Assembly (NCBI GenBank): GCA_000092065.1 | Contig: CP000581.1 | From: Ostreococcus lucimarinus | Taxonomy: Eukaryota | Length of the DNA: 64,000 nt | Strand: one strand, 5' to 3' | In this document: positions 30,560-40,393 of the stretch, piece after piece | How positions within the stretch are numbered: position 1 is the stretch's first letter | Layout of the letters: every line of letters begins with the position of its first letter | The notes under the pieces: generated by a model | Databases searched by the model: none | Told to the model about the DNA's origin: nothing | What the model saw: the letters and a program-made list of their open reading frames with translations, nothing else | Position numbers and translations under genes: made by a program

Positions 30560-32116
30560 GTGAGTGCGAAAAGACCGCGCGATAGATCGACGACATCGAG
30601 ACGTCGTGAGTCGGCGACGGCGCGGATGACTTTACCGGCGCGCGCGTCCACGTCAACGTTCGTGCGCGGAGCGGCGACGACGAGCGATGGGAACGCGGTG
30701 CGTCAAGCGAGATACATCGGGGCGCGACGACGATCGTCGCGCGCGCGGGCGGTGATGCCGGAGACGCTGGAAGCGTTGCCAACGTCGCCGACGACGGCGG
30801 GCGCCGCGTTGGGACTGGCGGGCGCCGCGTTGGGCGCCGCGGCGGCGTTGCGAGGACGACTCGGCGGTGGCGCGCGCGGCGGTAACAGTAACGCGCAAGC
30901 CGACCGAAGTAGCCGAACGGCGATGACGCGAGGGACGGGAGAATCAGACGAGAGCAAGGGAAGGCGGTATCTCATTGCGCCGCCGCCGCTGTTTCCACTC
31001 GTACCGGCGTTCGCGCGGCAGACGTACAGGTACGAGGTCGACCCGGGACGGATGTGGTTTTTCGAGCAAAAGCAAGGGATCGGGTTGGGGTTGAATGTGA
31101 GCGTAAACGTGCGAATGACTGTGATCAAATTGAAAACCGGCGGGTTGTGGGTGCACGCGCCGGTGGCGCCGACGGCGGAGATGGTCGCGCTGTTGGACGA
31201 GCTCGACGCCCCCGTTGAGCACGTGGTTTTGCCCACGACTTTGTTCGAGCACAAAATTTTCGTCGGGCCGTTTCAGCGCAAGTACCCGAAGGCGCAGTGC
31301 TGGATCGTCCCACAGCAGTGGAGTTGGCCGATAAATTTACCCCCGCAGTTTTTCGGCATCAACAAGACCGGAACTTTAGGACAAGATCGTCCGCCGTGGG
31401 ACGACGAGTTTGAGTACGAGCTCTTATCACCGCCCGCTCTCGGCGTTGCGTCGTACGTCTCGTTTATCGAAGCGGCGTTTTTGCACAAGCCATCAAAGAC
31501 GCTGCTCGTTACGGACGCCGTGGTGTACGTGAGCGAGAACATCCCCGACTGCATTCCAGATAGAGATTTAGAAGAGAGCGGGGACGACGATAACTTCACA
31601 ATCAGCGCGTTGAAGTTTTTGAACTTGTTCGACATAAAGACCAAGGCCCTGAGTCGCACGACGACGTCTAAGGACATGAGTCGATTGGAATTACTGCGTT
31701 TGGGTTGGCAGCGAAACGCGTTGCAGGCGTTGTACTTTGGCCCGAATGACTTGCTCTCCCCAGAGAAAAGTTGGCGCGATATTACGAATCGTTTGATCGT
31801 CGCCCCGGTTGTAGGTACGCTGGTGTACGAGAACGTTCCCGAGCCTGTCAACGAGTGGGCGAGACGCGTCGCGAAGTGGGACTTTAATCGCATCGTCCCG
31901 TGCCACTTTGACGCTCCCATTCGTGCGGGGCCTCGGGAATTCTCCGCCGCTTTTTCGTTCTTGCCGTCTTCTCGACCAGAAAAGGCGAAAGGGCGCGGAG
32001 GTGGTAAGTACTATCCCAACGAAGACATGATCCTACTTCGCGGCGTCGCAGACTTTCTCCTCAACACGGGAGTGATTTTCACAAACGAAACGCGCCCGAA
32101 GCGTCCGAATATGTAA
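30560..32116 (+). CDS. Conserved hypothetical protein, possibly organelle-targeted (DUF4336-like, metallo-beta-lactamase-fold family found in plants and algae)
   Basis: The N-terminus is S/T/R-rich. The conserved block is WVHAPVAPTAEMVALLDELDAPVEHVVLPTTLFEHKIFVGPFQRKYPKAQCWIVPQQW...LLVTDAVVYV. The family assignment is from memory only. Confidence 0.5.
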   Translation: MSAKRPRDRSTTSRRRESATARMTLPARASTSTFVRGAATTSDGNAVRQARYIGARRRSSRARAVMPETLEALPTSPTTAGAALGLAGAALGAAAALRGRLGGGARGGNSNAQADRSSRTAMTRGTGESDESKGRRYLIAPPPLFPLVPAFARQTYRYEVDPGRMWFFEQKQGIGLGLNVSVNVRMTVIKLKTGGLWVHAPVAPTAEMVALLDELDAPVEHVVLPTTLFEHKIFVGPFQRKYPKAQCWIVPQQWSWPINLPPQFFGINKTGTLGQDRPPWDDEFEYELLSPPALGVASYVSFIEAAFLHKPSKTLLVTDAVVYVSENIPDCIPDRDLEESGDDDNFTISALKFLNLFDIKTKALSRTTTSKDMSRLELLRLGWQRNALQALYFGPNDLLSPEKSWRDITNRLIVAPVVGTLVYENVPEPVNEWARRVAKWDFNRIVPCHFDAPIRAGPREFSAAFSFLPSSRPEKAKGRGGGKYYPNEDMILLRGVADFLLNTGVIFTNETRPKRPNM

Positions 32117-32235
32117 TGCTTTCACCCCAATTTCGCCGCCGTTGACCATCGCGCGATCTCGCGAAATAGTAACGCTTGACCGCGAGAAGGCATCGAATTC
32201 TTTCTAGAAAATGTTTGCGTATGTGCGCGTTAAAA

Positions 32236-33759
32236 TTAAAGCGCGGCTAGGCTATCGATCGCCCAGTTCAAGTAGGCTCTGAATTGACGCGCTGCTGGGT
32301 AGCTCATGTCTCGTGGGACACCGATTCGGTCTCGCAGGTAAGCCAACGACGCGATGGTCGGAGCCGCGGAAAAGGACGAGGCGCCGCTCACCGCGACGGG
32401 CGCGGGTGCGGCCGCGTCGAAATCATGGTCAAGCATCGCGTGCACGACGATTCGAAGCGCTTCGTCGACAGCAGGTATGTGCTGTTCCCCGGGTCGAGCG
32501 TTCGGGTCGGACAACGGCGCCGAGTAAGCGGGCTGGCCCGCTTCGCCGCAACCGCGCGCGGCGAATCGAACGACGTTTTCGCGATTGCCGATGACGCGCA
32601 GGGCAGCCTCGACGCGAGCTGCGCGAGGATCATCGACGCCCCACCAAGGTTCTAAACTGTTTTCGTCCAATGGTCCGAGAGGCAAACGCCAATTGACGCC
32701 ATCGACGCCGTCGATGGCGTCGCGTGCTTCGGCGTTGTCGCCGTTTTCGGCGCATCCTCCCAGCTGCGGCGGCAAATCGTGCGCGGTGGTGTAGTAATCA
32801 CTCTTGATGCCCGCGTACGATTTGCGTTGCGATATCGCGGCGAACCATCTGTCGACGTTCGGCCATCGACCGCCGTTTCCTTCAATCTTCACGCCCTTGT
32901 AGTACAAGATGCTCGCCGCCATGCGTTCGAGAAACGGCGCGAACGCGATGTCGACGAGGGTGAACTCTTCTCCCATAAAGTACGCCCCTCCACCGTTCGC
33001 CGCGAGCTCTGCGTCAACCTCGTCCAAAACTTGACAGTACTCGCTTTGCGCCGTGGCGTCCGACCACGAACTCGTGATCCATTGCATCCATCTCGAAAAG
33101 AGCGTTCGTTCCAGTCGCATGAGCTTCGTCGCTCGAGAACCTTCGGCGCTCCCCGGGGCGTACGGTAGCAAGCTCTTGTGCTCGGTAAACTCCTGTTCGA
33201 TCACTTGCGCGATCACGCTCGATTCCGTGATCGTCTGACCGTCGAGTTCAATCACTGGCAGCGCCCCGGACGGCACCTTGGCCGTAAAACTGCGCGGCTT
33301 CGCGCCGTAACAGCGCATGTTGATGCGTTCGAGCGCGTACGGGATCCGCTTCTCCTCCAGCTGCATCCAAATCTTTTGAGAATACGGGCACCACGACGCG
33401 CTGTCGCGATACAATTTCAACCTCGGCGTTCCCTCCGCGTCGAACGTCCGCGTTTCCGCGCGCGCGTCCGCGCGCTCCGCGTCCGTCGTCTCGCGTCTCC
33501 CCTCCGCCGCCGCCTCCAGCTCGCGCCACGTCGCCGTCGCGTCCTCGCGCGCCTCGAACGTCGTTCCTCCCATCGTCGCTCGTCCGTCGTCGTCGCCTTT
33601 CTCGCCGCGCGTCGCTCGTCGCCACGCCGTTCGCGCGCGCGTCCACGCGTCGCGCGCGTCCTTCGCGCTCGCCGTCGCGCGCGTCGCGCGCCGACGTCTC
33701 GCCGCGCGCGCGTTCGTCGACGGCGCGCGCGCGCTCCGCGCCGTCGCCGCGCTCGACAT
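32236..33759 (-). CDS. DHAR-like glutathione transferase (CPYS active site) with long N- and C-terminal extensions
   Basis: The thioredoxin-fold N-domain LKLYRDSASWCPYSQKIWMQLEEKRIPY closely parallels the dehydroascorbate reductase CPFSQR...LEEKK.PY. A GST C-terminal alpha domain follows. The 507-aa ORF has a low-complexity N-terminal 110 aa. Confidence 0.7.
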   Translation of the reverse strand: MSSAATARSARAPSTNARAARRRRATRATASAKDARDAWTRARTAWRRATRGEKGDDDGRATMGGTTFEAREDATATWRELEAAAEGRRETTDAERADARAETRTFDAEGTPRLKLYRDSASWCPYSQKIWMQLEEKRIPYALERINMRCYGAKPRSFTAKVPSGALPVIELDGQTITESSVIAQVIEQEFTEHKSLLPYAPGSAEGSRATKLMRLERTLFSRWMQWITSSWSDATAQSEYCQVLDEVDAELAANGGGAYFMGEEFTLVDIAFAPFLERMAASILYYKGVKIEGNGGRWPNVDRWFAAISQRKSYAGIKSDYYTTAHDLPPQLGGCAENGDNAEARDAIDGVDGVNWRLPLGPLDENSLEPWWGVDDPRAARVEAALRVIGNRENVVRFAARGCGEAGQPAYSAPLSDPNARPGEQHIPAVDEALRIVVHAMLDHDFDAAAPAPVAVSGASSFSAAPTIASLAYLRDRIGVPRDMSYPAARQFRAYLNWAIDSLAAL

Positions 33760-33853
33760 CCGCGCGCGGCGTCGCGCACTCGCGCGTCGCGCGCGCCGTC
33801 GGCTCGCCAGCGGATAACGCGCAGAGGGACCCTCGACGGGAGAGCGCGACGCG

Positions 33854-34735
33854 ATGATGCGACCGCGAGCGCGCCCTGCCGCGTCTGCGCAGCGCGCGTC
33901 GACGCGCGCGATTGGATCGCGCGCGATTGGATCGCGCGCGATCGGATCGCGAACGACGCGCGCGCGACGCGCGACGCCGACGCGGGCGCTGCGAAACTTT
34001 GACTACCCCGAGGCGCTGCTGTTCGACTGCGACGGCGTGCTGTGCGAGACCGAGCGCGATGGGCACCGGGTGACGTTTAATAAAACGTTCAAAGAGTTCG
34101 GGCTCGATCACGAGTGGGACGTGGCGCTGTACGGGGAGCTGCTGAAGATTGGGGGCGGGAAGGAGCGCATGACGCACTACTTTGACGGCGTCCCGGACGC
34201 GGAGCCGTGGAAGAGCGTCACCGACCCAGAGGCGCGGAAGGAGTTGGTGAAAAAGCTACACCTGAGAAAAACGGAAATGTTCTTGGAGCTCGTGAACGAG
34301 GGCGCGCTGCCGTTGCGACCGGGTGTGAAGAGAATGGTCGCGGAGGCGTTGGAACACGGCGCCAAGGTGGCGGTGTGCTCGACGTCGAACGAAAAGGCGG
34401 TGCAAGGGATCGTGAACACGATGCTGCCTGAATATGCCGATCGTATGCCCGTGTTCGCGGGGGACGTCGTGCCGAAGAAGAAGCCGAGCCCAGATATTTA
34501 CAACTTGGCGGCGAAGACGCTCGGCGTCGATCCGGCGCGATGCGTCGTCGTGGAAGACACCCACATTGGATGCACCGCGGCCAAGGCGGCGGGTATGCGG
34601 TGCTGCGTGACGAAGAGCATTTACAGCGAAGACGAGGATTTCTCTCGCGCCGACGCTGTGTTCGATTGCTTGGGCGACGAAGGCGACGAGCGCGTCAAGT
34701 TTCACCAGTTGACGACTCCCGGTGACTTTTGGTAA
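33854..34735 (+). CDS. CbbY-like HAD-superfamily phosphatase with a transit-peptide-like N-terminus
   Basis: HAD motif I is ALLFDCDGVLCETE. The motif order and spacing match CbbY/xylulose-1,5-bisphosphate phosphatase-type HADs. A tandem 15-bp repeat in the N-terminus encodes (RAIGS)3. Confidence 0.8.
   Translation: MMRPRARPAASAQRASTRAIGSRAIGSRAIGSRTTRARRATPTRALRNFDYPEALLFDCDGVLCETERDGHRVTFNKTFKEFGLDHEWDVALYGELLKIGGGKERMTHYFDGVPDAEPWKSVTDPEARKELVKKLHLRKTEMFLELVNEGALPLRPGVKRMVAEALEHGAKVAVCSTSNEKAVQGIVNTMLPEYADRMPVFAGDVVPKKKPSPDIYNLAAKTLGVDPARCVVVEDTHIGCTAAKAAGMRCCVTKSIYSEDEDFSRADAVFDCLGDEGDERVKFHQLTTPGDFW
33899..33947 (+). repeat. Tandem 15-bp repeat (cgcgcgattggatcg x3, last copy degenerate) inside the CbbY-like N-terminal presequence
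   Basis: Read directly. It encodes RAIGS-RAIGS-RAIGS. Confidence 0.8.
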
Positions 34736-34942
34736 GAGAAATCCGCGCCGAAGTTTCACGCACGCCAATTGACACCTTTCTTTTCAAATCACAGGCTCAA
34801 TCCGCCCTTGCCTGTGGACTACGACGGCAACTGGTACAACGCGGACAAGGAAGAGGACCCAGACGACGGGCTGACTCCGGAGGAACGCGCCATCTTAGCC
34901 GACTTGCAGTAGATTGAATATTATATTAACAACGCCCACTCA

Positions 34943-36166
34943 CTAAGGCCAAACTATCGGTAACTCTGGATGCTTCGCCACGGCCCCGGGTTTAATATCT
35001 TTGAGCCAGCTATCGTAAGACCACGCGTCTTCGTCGTGCGGCACGCGGCGGAGCTGATCCGTGTCCAATCGTCGAGCGCCGTCGGCGAAGTAGCACACGC
35101 TGAGCGCGTATCGAGGGACGCAATCTTCCGGTTGCGGTGGGCTCCAGTGAAGGCACCACCCGTGGTGTGCGGTAAGGTCACCTAAATCGAGCTCGTCGTA
35201 CGTGTCAATTTCGTACCGCCCTTCGAGATCTTCCATGCCTTCCAAAGTGCGCCAATACGGAAGTGAAAAATCTCGATGCGAACGGTTCGCAAAGTGCAAC
35301 GCGGCGTCATCCTCTTCGAGCGACCTCAGTGGAATCCAAAGTGTGACGAAGTCGTTCGTGTCGAGTGGTACCATATTTAAATCCGAGTGCCAGTTCGTTT
35401 CAGCCATGCCCGGCTCTTTTACGAAAATGCACGATTGGTAAATTCGAGCTCTTTCGCACCCCATGAGTTCGGCGGCGATTTTTGCAAATCGCTTGCTCAT
35501 TATGTACTCACGCGCCGCGCTAGTTTGCTCTCTGTGCAGATTGAACGTTTGTAAAAATCCCACGTCCTCCTGCGAGTGCTTCTTCAGCGCGCGCTTCGCG
35601 TCTTCCACGTCTCGCAACTCGCGAGCGTCGACTTGCGGGCACAGCACCGACACTCGATGTCGGTACGCCTCCATGCGTCGCGACATAATCTCGCCGCTCA
35701 GCGCCTTCACCATAGGTATCATTTCCATAGCGTCCACCGCGCCTCGTATGCACGTGTGCCCCTCTCGCTCGTATCGCAGGCACTCCTCGAGCGTCGTCCC
35801 GCGTCCGCCGTCGTCAAATAACGTCGTCGTCCCGCGTCCACCGTCGTCAAAATTTTTCGTCGACGCATTCGCTGATACCGCTCGCAAATCATCGGAAGCG
35901 CGCACGGCGCGCTCGCGCGACGGTTCACCTTTGCTCGTCGTCGCCTTCGACGACGCCGCGCGCGCGCCGTCGTTCGTTCTTTCACCGCGACCGCCGCCAC
36001 CGTTAGGCGGCGGCTTCGACGTCGACGCGCGTTTTTGTCGTCCTTCCGCGGGCGGCTTGGCCCAATCGGGCGCGTCGCTTCGATTCGAACGTCCACCTCG
36101 GCCGGGGCGAGGCGCGCGACCGCCGCGCCCGGCCGCGGCGACGATGACGATGGCGTGGTGCAGCAT
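34943..36166 (-). CDS. Phytanoyl-CoA dioxygenase (PhyH) family 2-oxoglutarate/Fe(II) oxygenase
   Basis: PhyH-type jelly-roll motifs are WHSDLNMVPLD and TLWIPL. The N-terminus is low-complexity with a tandem duplication. Confidence 0.8.
   Translation of the reverse strand: MLHHAIVIVAAAGRGGRAPRPGRGGRSNRSDAPDWAKPPAEGRQKRASTSKPPPNGGGGRGERTNDGARAASSKATTSKGEPSRERAVRASDDLRAVSANASTKNFDDGGRGTTTLFDDGGRGTTLEECLRYEREGHTCIRGAVDAMEMIPMVKALSGEIMSRRMEAYRHRVSVLCPQVDARELRDVEDAKRALKKHSQEDVGFLQTFNLHREQTSAAREYIMSKRFAKIAAELMGCERARIYQSCIFVKEPGMAETNWHSDLNMVPLDTNDFVTLWIPLRSLEEDDAALHFANRSHRDFSLPYWRTLEGMEDLEGRYEIDTYDELDLGDLTAHHGWCLHWSPPQPEDCVPRYALSVCYFADGARRLDTDQLRRVPHDEDAWSYDSWLKDIKPGAVAKHPELPIVWP
35791..35853. repeat. 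Tandem duplication of about 31 bp inside the PhyH N-terminal region
   Basis: cgtcgtcccgcgtccgccgtcgtcaaataa is followed by cgtcgtcccgcgtccaccgtcgtcaaaatt. On the minus strand it encodes a duplicated FDDGGRGTT. Confidence 0.8.
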
Positions 36167-36257
36167 GGAGCGCTTTCCAGGAGTCGACGAGTGACGCGAC
36201 GAGCGCGACGCGATGATGAATCAATCTTCTTCTAACTATTCGAGGCTGGCTATGATG

Positions 36258-38708
36258 CTACACGACGGCCGATGATGGACCGTCCTCTGACATGCTCGAA
36301 TGCAACGACGCGTCGGCGTCTGCGTCGGCGGCAAAAAGCGCGATGGCGGAGCGATTCCAAAACACGCCGCTTTGCGCGTGCACGACGCCCCACACGTACG
36401 GTATTAAAAAGTACGGCGCGTTCACTTCGTCTTCGACGTACGCGAAACGCATGGGGTGGAAATCATGCACGGAACAATCGCGATCGCACGCGTTTTGGTT
36501 TCGCTTTTGCGGACTCGGCGTCAACGACGTCTCCGAAATCACGCGCTTGAGACGTCTGACGGAAATCGGGCTATCAGTCTCACGATTCTGTGCCGATTCG
36601 ACGGCGTCTTTGTAATGCTGCAGCACGGTCTCAATGTTTTGCACGTACTCCGCGAACACCTCGTGCGTTCGATACGTCGTGAGCAATTCTTCGCGGTGCA
36701 TGAGCGCGTAGACAATCTCCGGGTTGTGTTCGAGTGAATCGAGATCGGTGGCGAGACAGTTTAGTATCTCGAAAATGACCCGAATAAAGTCCTCGCACAC
36801 GTCCGCGTCGGAAAAGGGCTCGCGTAAACCATCGCTAGACAAAGCATTTTCGCGAGTGATTTTGAAGTACCTGCGCGTGAACAACGCCAGAGTATTCACC
36901 AGGCGTTGCGCCGCGTAACCAGAAATGTCGCGCGTGACGCATGCCATGTTGGCGATGCTGCCGAGTGCGTTCAACATTTTTGAAACTGTGGCAGTTTTTG
37001 CGACGTTGTACTTTATCGTGCGTGAAAGGACGACAACTATTAAACTTGCGAGCGAACTGTTTTGTAGGATGCGTTCCTTGTACCAATTTGACGACGCGAT
37101 CGTCTCCGTCTGCATCATCCTGTTGAACCGCACGTCCTGAGACAGGATCAAAAATATCGTGACAATCAACTGCGACACGTGTGCAAGTTTGTTTGATTCC
37201 GCTTCGTACAGCTCTTTGAGTAGCCCTTGTACAAACCTCGACGTCGCCGCACTCGAGCTCAAATGTGAAACGAACCGTGAGTTTGTGGATAGCGTCACGT
37301 ACGAAAGCAACAAGCCGACGTCGGTACACAAGGATGCGCTCAGAGCAACAGCGAGCCGCTCAAAGTCCACCAACTCCGAGGGTCTTTTGTTCGACGCCAC
37401 GGACGAACGCGACGAGATGTCCTTCATATTTTTTACCGCAATGCGAAACGGATTCTCGTCGCGGTTGCCGAAAGCGCCGTGCGTACACAACGCCAGGAAT
37501 AAATTTGCGCACTCGTCCGCGAGAGGAGATCGAGAAGTGTGCGCGCACTTGATGACGACGTGAGACCCCGTATTATCGGTGACGTCTTTGTTCGGCTTAC
37601 TGCGCATGGAAAGCATCGAACTTAGCACGCTCGCCATGCCGCGCGTGATTCCATTAGCTTCGGCGTTCTCTCTGTTGACCGCGCCTTCGTAAATATCACC
37701 GATGTTTGGTGGTCGCTCGATGACGCGACGCAACAGCGCGCACATCAGCACGCCCGTGCGCCTGCTGTCGCTTGAACCGATCGCCGCGATCCTGCGAGCG
37801 AGTGGATGCCCGATTTCTCTCGCCTCGGCGTCGTCGAGATTGAACGTGAGTTGCGACGACGTCGCGACGAGCAAAAGCCGCGCGCACGCAACATGCAACG
37901 CCATCGCCTGCGCTGTGACGTGTTTGCCGCATAGAACATCTACACACGCTCGCAGTAAGTCGTCAAACGGCGAAGTGTTCTCCAAAGACGCGTTCGGTCC
38001 TCCGCCGGTTTCCCAGCGCTCGTCTCGCGCAAACGTAGCGGCGAGCGCGCGCACTCGCTCGCTGCGCCCACCCCCGAGCGCGGCGACGCCACCAAATCCG
38101 CCATCACCCTCACTCGCGAATTCGATGAAATACTTGATGAATATCGACACCAACAAGGTGACGTTTATCGCGCTCACCGGCGTCGAGCGCGCGTTTCCGC
38201 TCGCCACGCTCAGTTGCCTCGCCGCGTGTTTCGCCAACTTATACAACCCACCATTTCGCGCGTTATTCACGAACAACGCCCGTCCATACGGCCGCAGTAT
38301 TTCATCTAGCGTCCTCTCGCTCACCGACGTCATCGGTTCACTCACCGCGTTCCCTATCTCGTACCAAAACACATCCGTAATCTCCGGCGTCGCGTCTCGC
38401 GTCTCGCACATCGCCTTTAGACTCCGTCGGAGTTCCCCGTACGTCCCGCTCACCGACGCCGTGGACGCGCGCGTCGTCGCGCGCGTCGTCGATCGGCCTC
38501 CCTCTCGTTCGCGTCTCGTCGCCGACGTCGTCGTCGTCGTCGTCGTCGTCGTCGCATCTTCCGCGCGTCGCGCACGATGATGTCTGCCACCTCGGTCGTT
38601 GTCGTTCGCGCGTTCGCGCGCGTCCGCCGCGTCGTCCGTCGCGTCGAGCGTCTCCCATTGATCGCCCTCGTCGTCGCCGCGCGTCGGCGTCGACGCCGCG
38701 CTCCCCAT
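36258..38708 (-). CDS. DYM: Dymeclin (Golgi-associated, N-myristoylated MGxxxS N-terminus)
   Basis: The start MGSAAS at ATG 38708 is a myristoylation consensus. The C-terminal blocks are collinear with animal dymeclin: [13 protein letters not shown]~[36 protein letters not shown]~[43 protein letters not shown]~[20 protein letters not shown]. Confidence 0.85.
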   Translation of the reverse strand: [816 protein letters not shown]

Positions 38709-38907
38709 GACGCGCGTCGCTCTGCGGCGTCGGGCGACGACCACGCGTCGCGCGGCGCTACACGTCGACGCGCGCGCGCGAACGCGCGAACGCGACGCGA
38801 CGCGTCGAGCGTCGACGCGACGCGCGCGCGCGAATCGTGCGCGCGCGCGGTACGGCGCGAGAGACGCGCTCGAACGCGCCGTCGCGCGCGTTTAAAAATT
38901 TGCAAAT

Positions 38908-39795
38908 TTGCAGCGCGCGCGAAAGCCGATGACTGCGCCGCGCGATGACGCGGCGAACGCGATGCGAGACACGGTGATGGCGACGGTGTCGTCATCGGTG
39001 ACGTTCGCGCTGTCCGCGATCGCGACGCAGAGGATCGGGCTGATTTTAAACGTCGGGTGTTACGGCGGCGCGCTCGGCGGCGCGCTGAGCGCGGCGTGCG
39101 CGAGCGCGAGCGCGGCGGCGAGCGGACACGCGGCGAGAGAGACGGTGAATTTATATAGCGATGATAAAAGTCGGCGAGGCAAAAGATGCTCGAAATCTCG
39201 GCGACGGTCGAGTTGGAACGCGGCGATGGGGGTGGACGAGGACGAAGTCGCGCGAGACGTCGGCGTCGGGCTCGCGACGTTTATGGCGCTGAGTCGAGGC
39301 AATTTGGGAAGGATTTTACCGAGCGACGTCTCTCGCGTGGGCGCGAACGCGTACAAGAGTATCGCCGCGCGTGGCAGCGATTACGCGAGCGAAGGACAGA
39401 AAAAAACGCTGCAAAAGTGGTTTAAAAAATTTGGCTGTCATCACTGCGGAAGCTCGAAAGGCAAGGTCATCGGCGACCACATGCCGCCGAACAAGACCGC
39501 GTTCGGTAGCGGGGCGCGCGCGGCGGCGAATCGAGGCGCGTCCACGACCAGACGCGTGTTCAACTTCATTCGCGGCGTGCCTTTGCAGCGTTTCTATCCT
39601 CAATGTGAGTCGTGCTCGGCGTTACAGAGCATCGCCGTGCGCACCGGCGCGACGAAACTCGTCTCGCACGCCGTCGGCGTTAGGTACGCCGTCTTCGCCG
39701 GCGCCGCCGTCGGCGTCTCGACGTTGCACTTCGGGACAATCAAAACCTGGGTGGACGATAAAGTTAAGCGCATCAACGGCGTCGTGCGCGCGTGA
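38908..39795 (+). CDS. Hypothetical membrane protein with a CHHCG...GDHMPP motif (295 aa)
   Basis: Hydrophobic N-terminal segments. The central motif is FGCHHCGSSKGKVIGDHMPPNK. No confident family. Confidence 0.4.
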   Translation: MQRARKPMTAPRDDAANAMRDTVMATVSSSVTFALSAIATQRIGLILNVGCYGGALGGALSAACASASAAASGHAARETVNLYSDDKSRRGKRCSKSRRRSSWNAAMGVDEDEVARDVGVGLATFMALSRGNLGRILPSDVSRVGANAYKSIAARGSDYASEGQKKTLQKWFKKFGCHHCGSSKGKVIGDHMPPNKTAFGSGARAAANRGASTTRRVFNFIRGVPLQRFYPQCESCSALQSIAVRTGATKLVSHAVGVRYAVFAGAAVGVSTLHFGTIKTWVDDKVKRINGVVRA

Positions 39796-39970
39796 GCCGC
39801 GGACGAACGCCGATAGTATTGGTCATAGCAAATCATAGGTCACCAGCCGCCGGCGCCCTTCGCCGCTCTCGCCGCACTCTCGCGCGTCTCGCGGTCCCGA
39901 GCGTCGCGCGCGACATCGAGACGCGAGAAACGCGCGCGAAGGACGCGTTCGCGGCGATCGCGCGCGCGTC

Positions 39971-40225
39971 ATGGTCGCTCCGGGATGGCAAAACAAGAAG
40001 AAGAAAACCTTGAAGGCGCGCGACAGCAAAAACTCGAAGGCGCTGAAATTGAAACGAGGGACGAAAGCCAAACACGACGCGATGAAGAAGCGCGTGAGCG
40101 GTAAAGCGCGGACGGGGAAAGCGGCGAGGCACGCGCTGCGGAACGAACGGCGCGCGGCGAGAAACGCGATAGATGATGCGGCGAAGAAGGCGAGCATGGA
40201 GAACCAAGACGTCGTGATGAAGTAG
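39971..40225 (+). CDS. Small lysine/arginine-rich basic protein (84 aa), hypothetical
   Basis: Purine-rich AAG/AAA codon run. This is unusual for chance ORFs in 65% GC DNA. No homology assignable. Confidence 0.3.
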   Translation: MVAPGWQNKKKKTLKARDSKNSKALKLKRGTKAKHDAMKKRVSGKARTGKAARHALRNERRAARNAIDDAAKKASMENQDVVMK

Positions 40226-40393
40226 ACCGCAGACCGAGTCGCGTCCGCGAGGGAGCGTCGGAGATTGTAATAGTACGTATTTGAAGAGAAATTAATTAAA
40301 TCACGTTCGTGTGTTTGAATGTGCGAGTCAAATCGAAAACCGCGCGCTGCTATCTAGAACGTCTTCGACGAACGGAAAAACAACGGCGCTCTG

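Noticed and set aside
33178-34177. Overlapping R-rich ORFs on both strands (33178-34002 +, 33248-34177 -, 33417-33779 -)
   Set aside because: Poly-Arg translations of GC-rich sequence. They overlap the N-terminal regions of the GST-like and CbbY-like genes and have no domain content.
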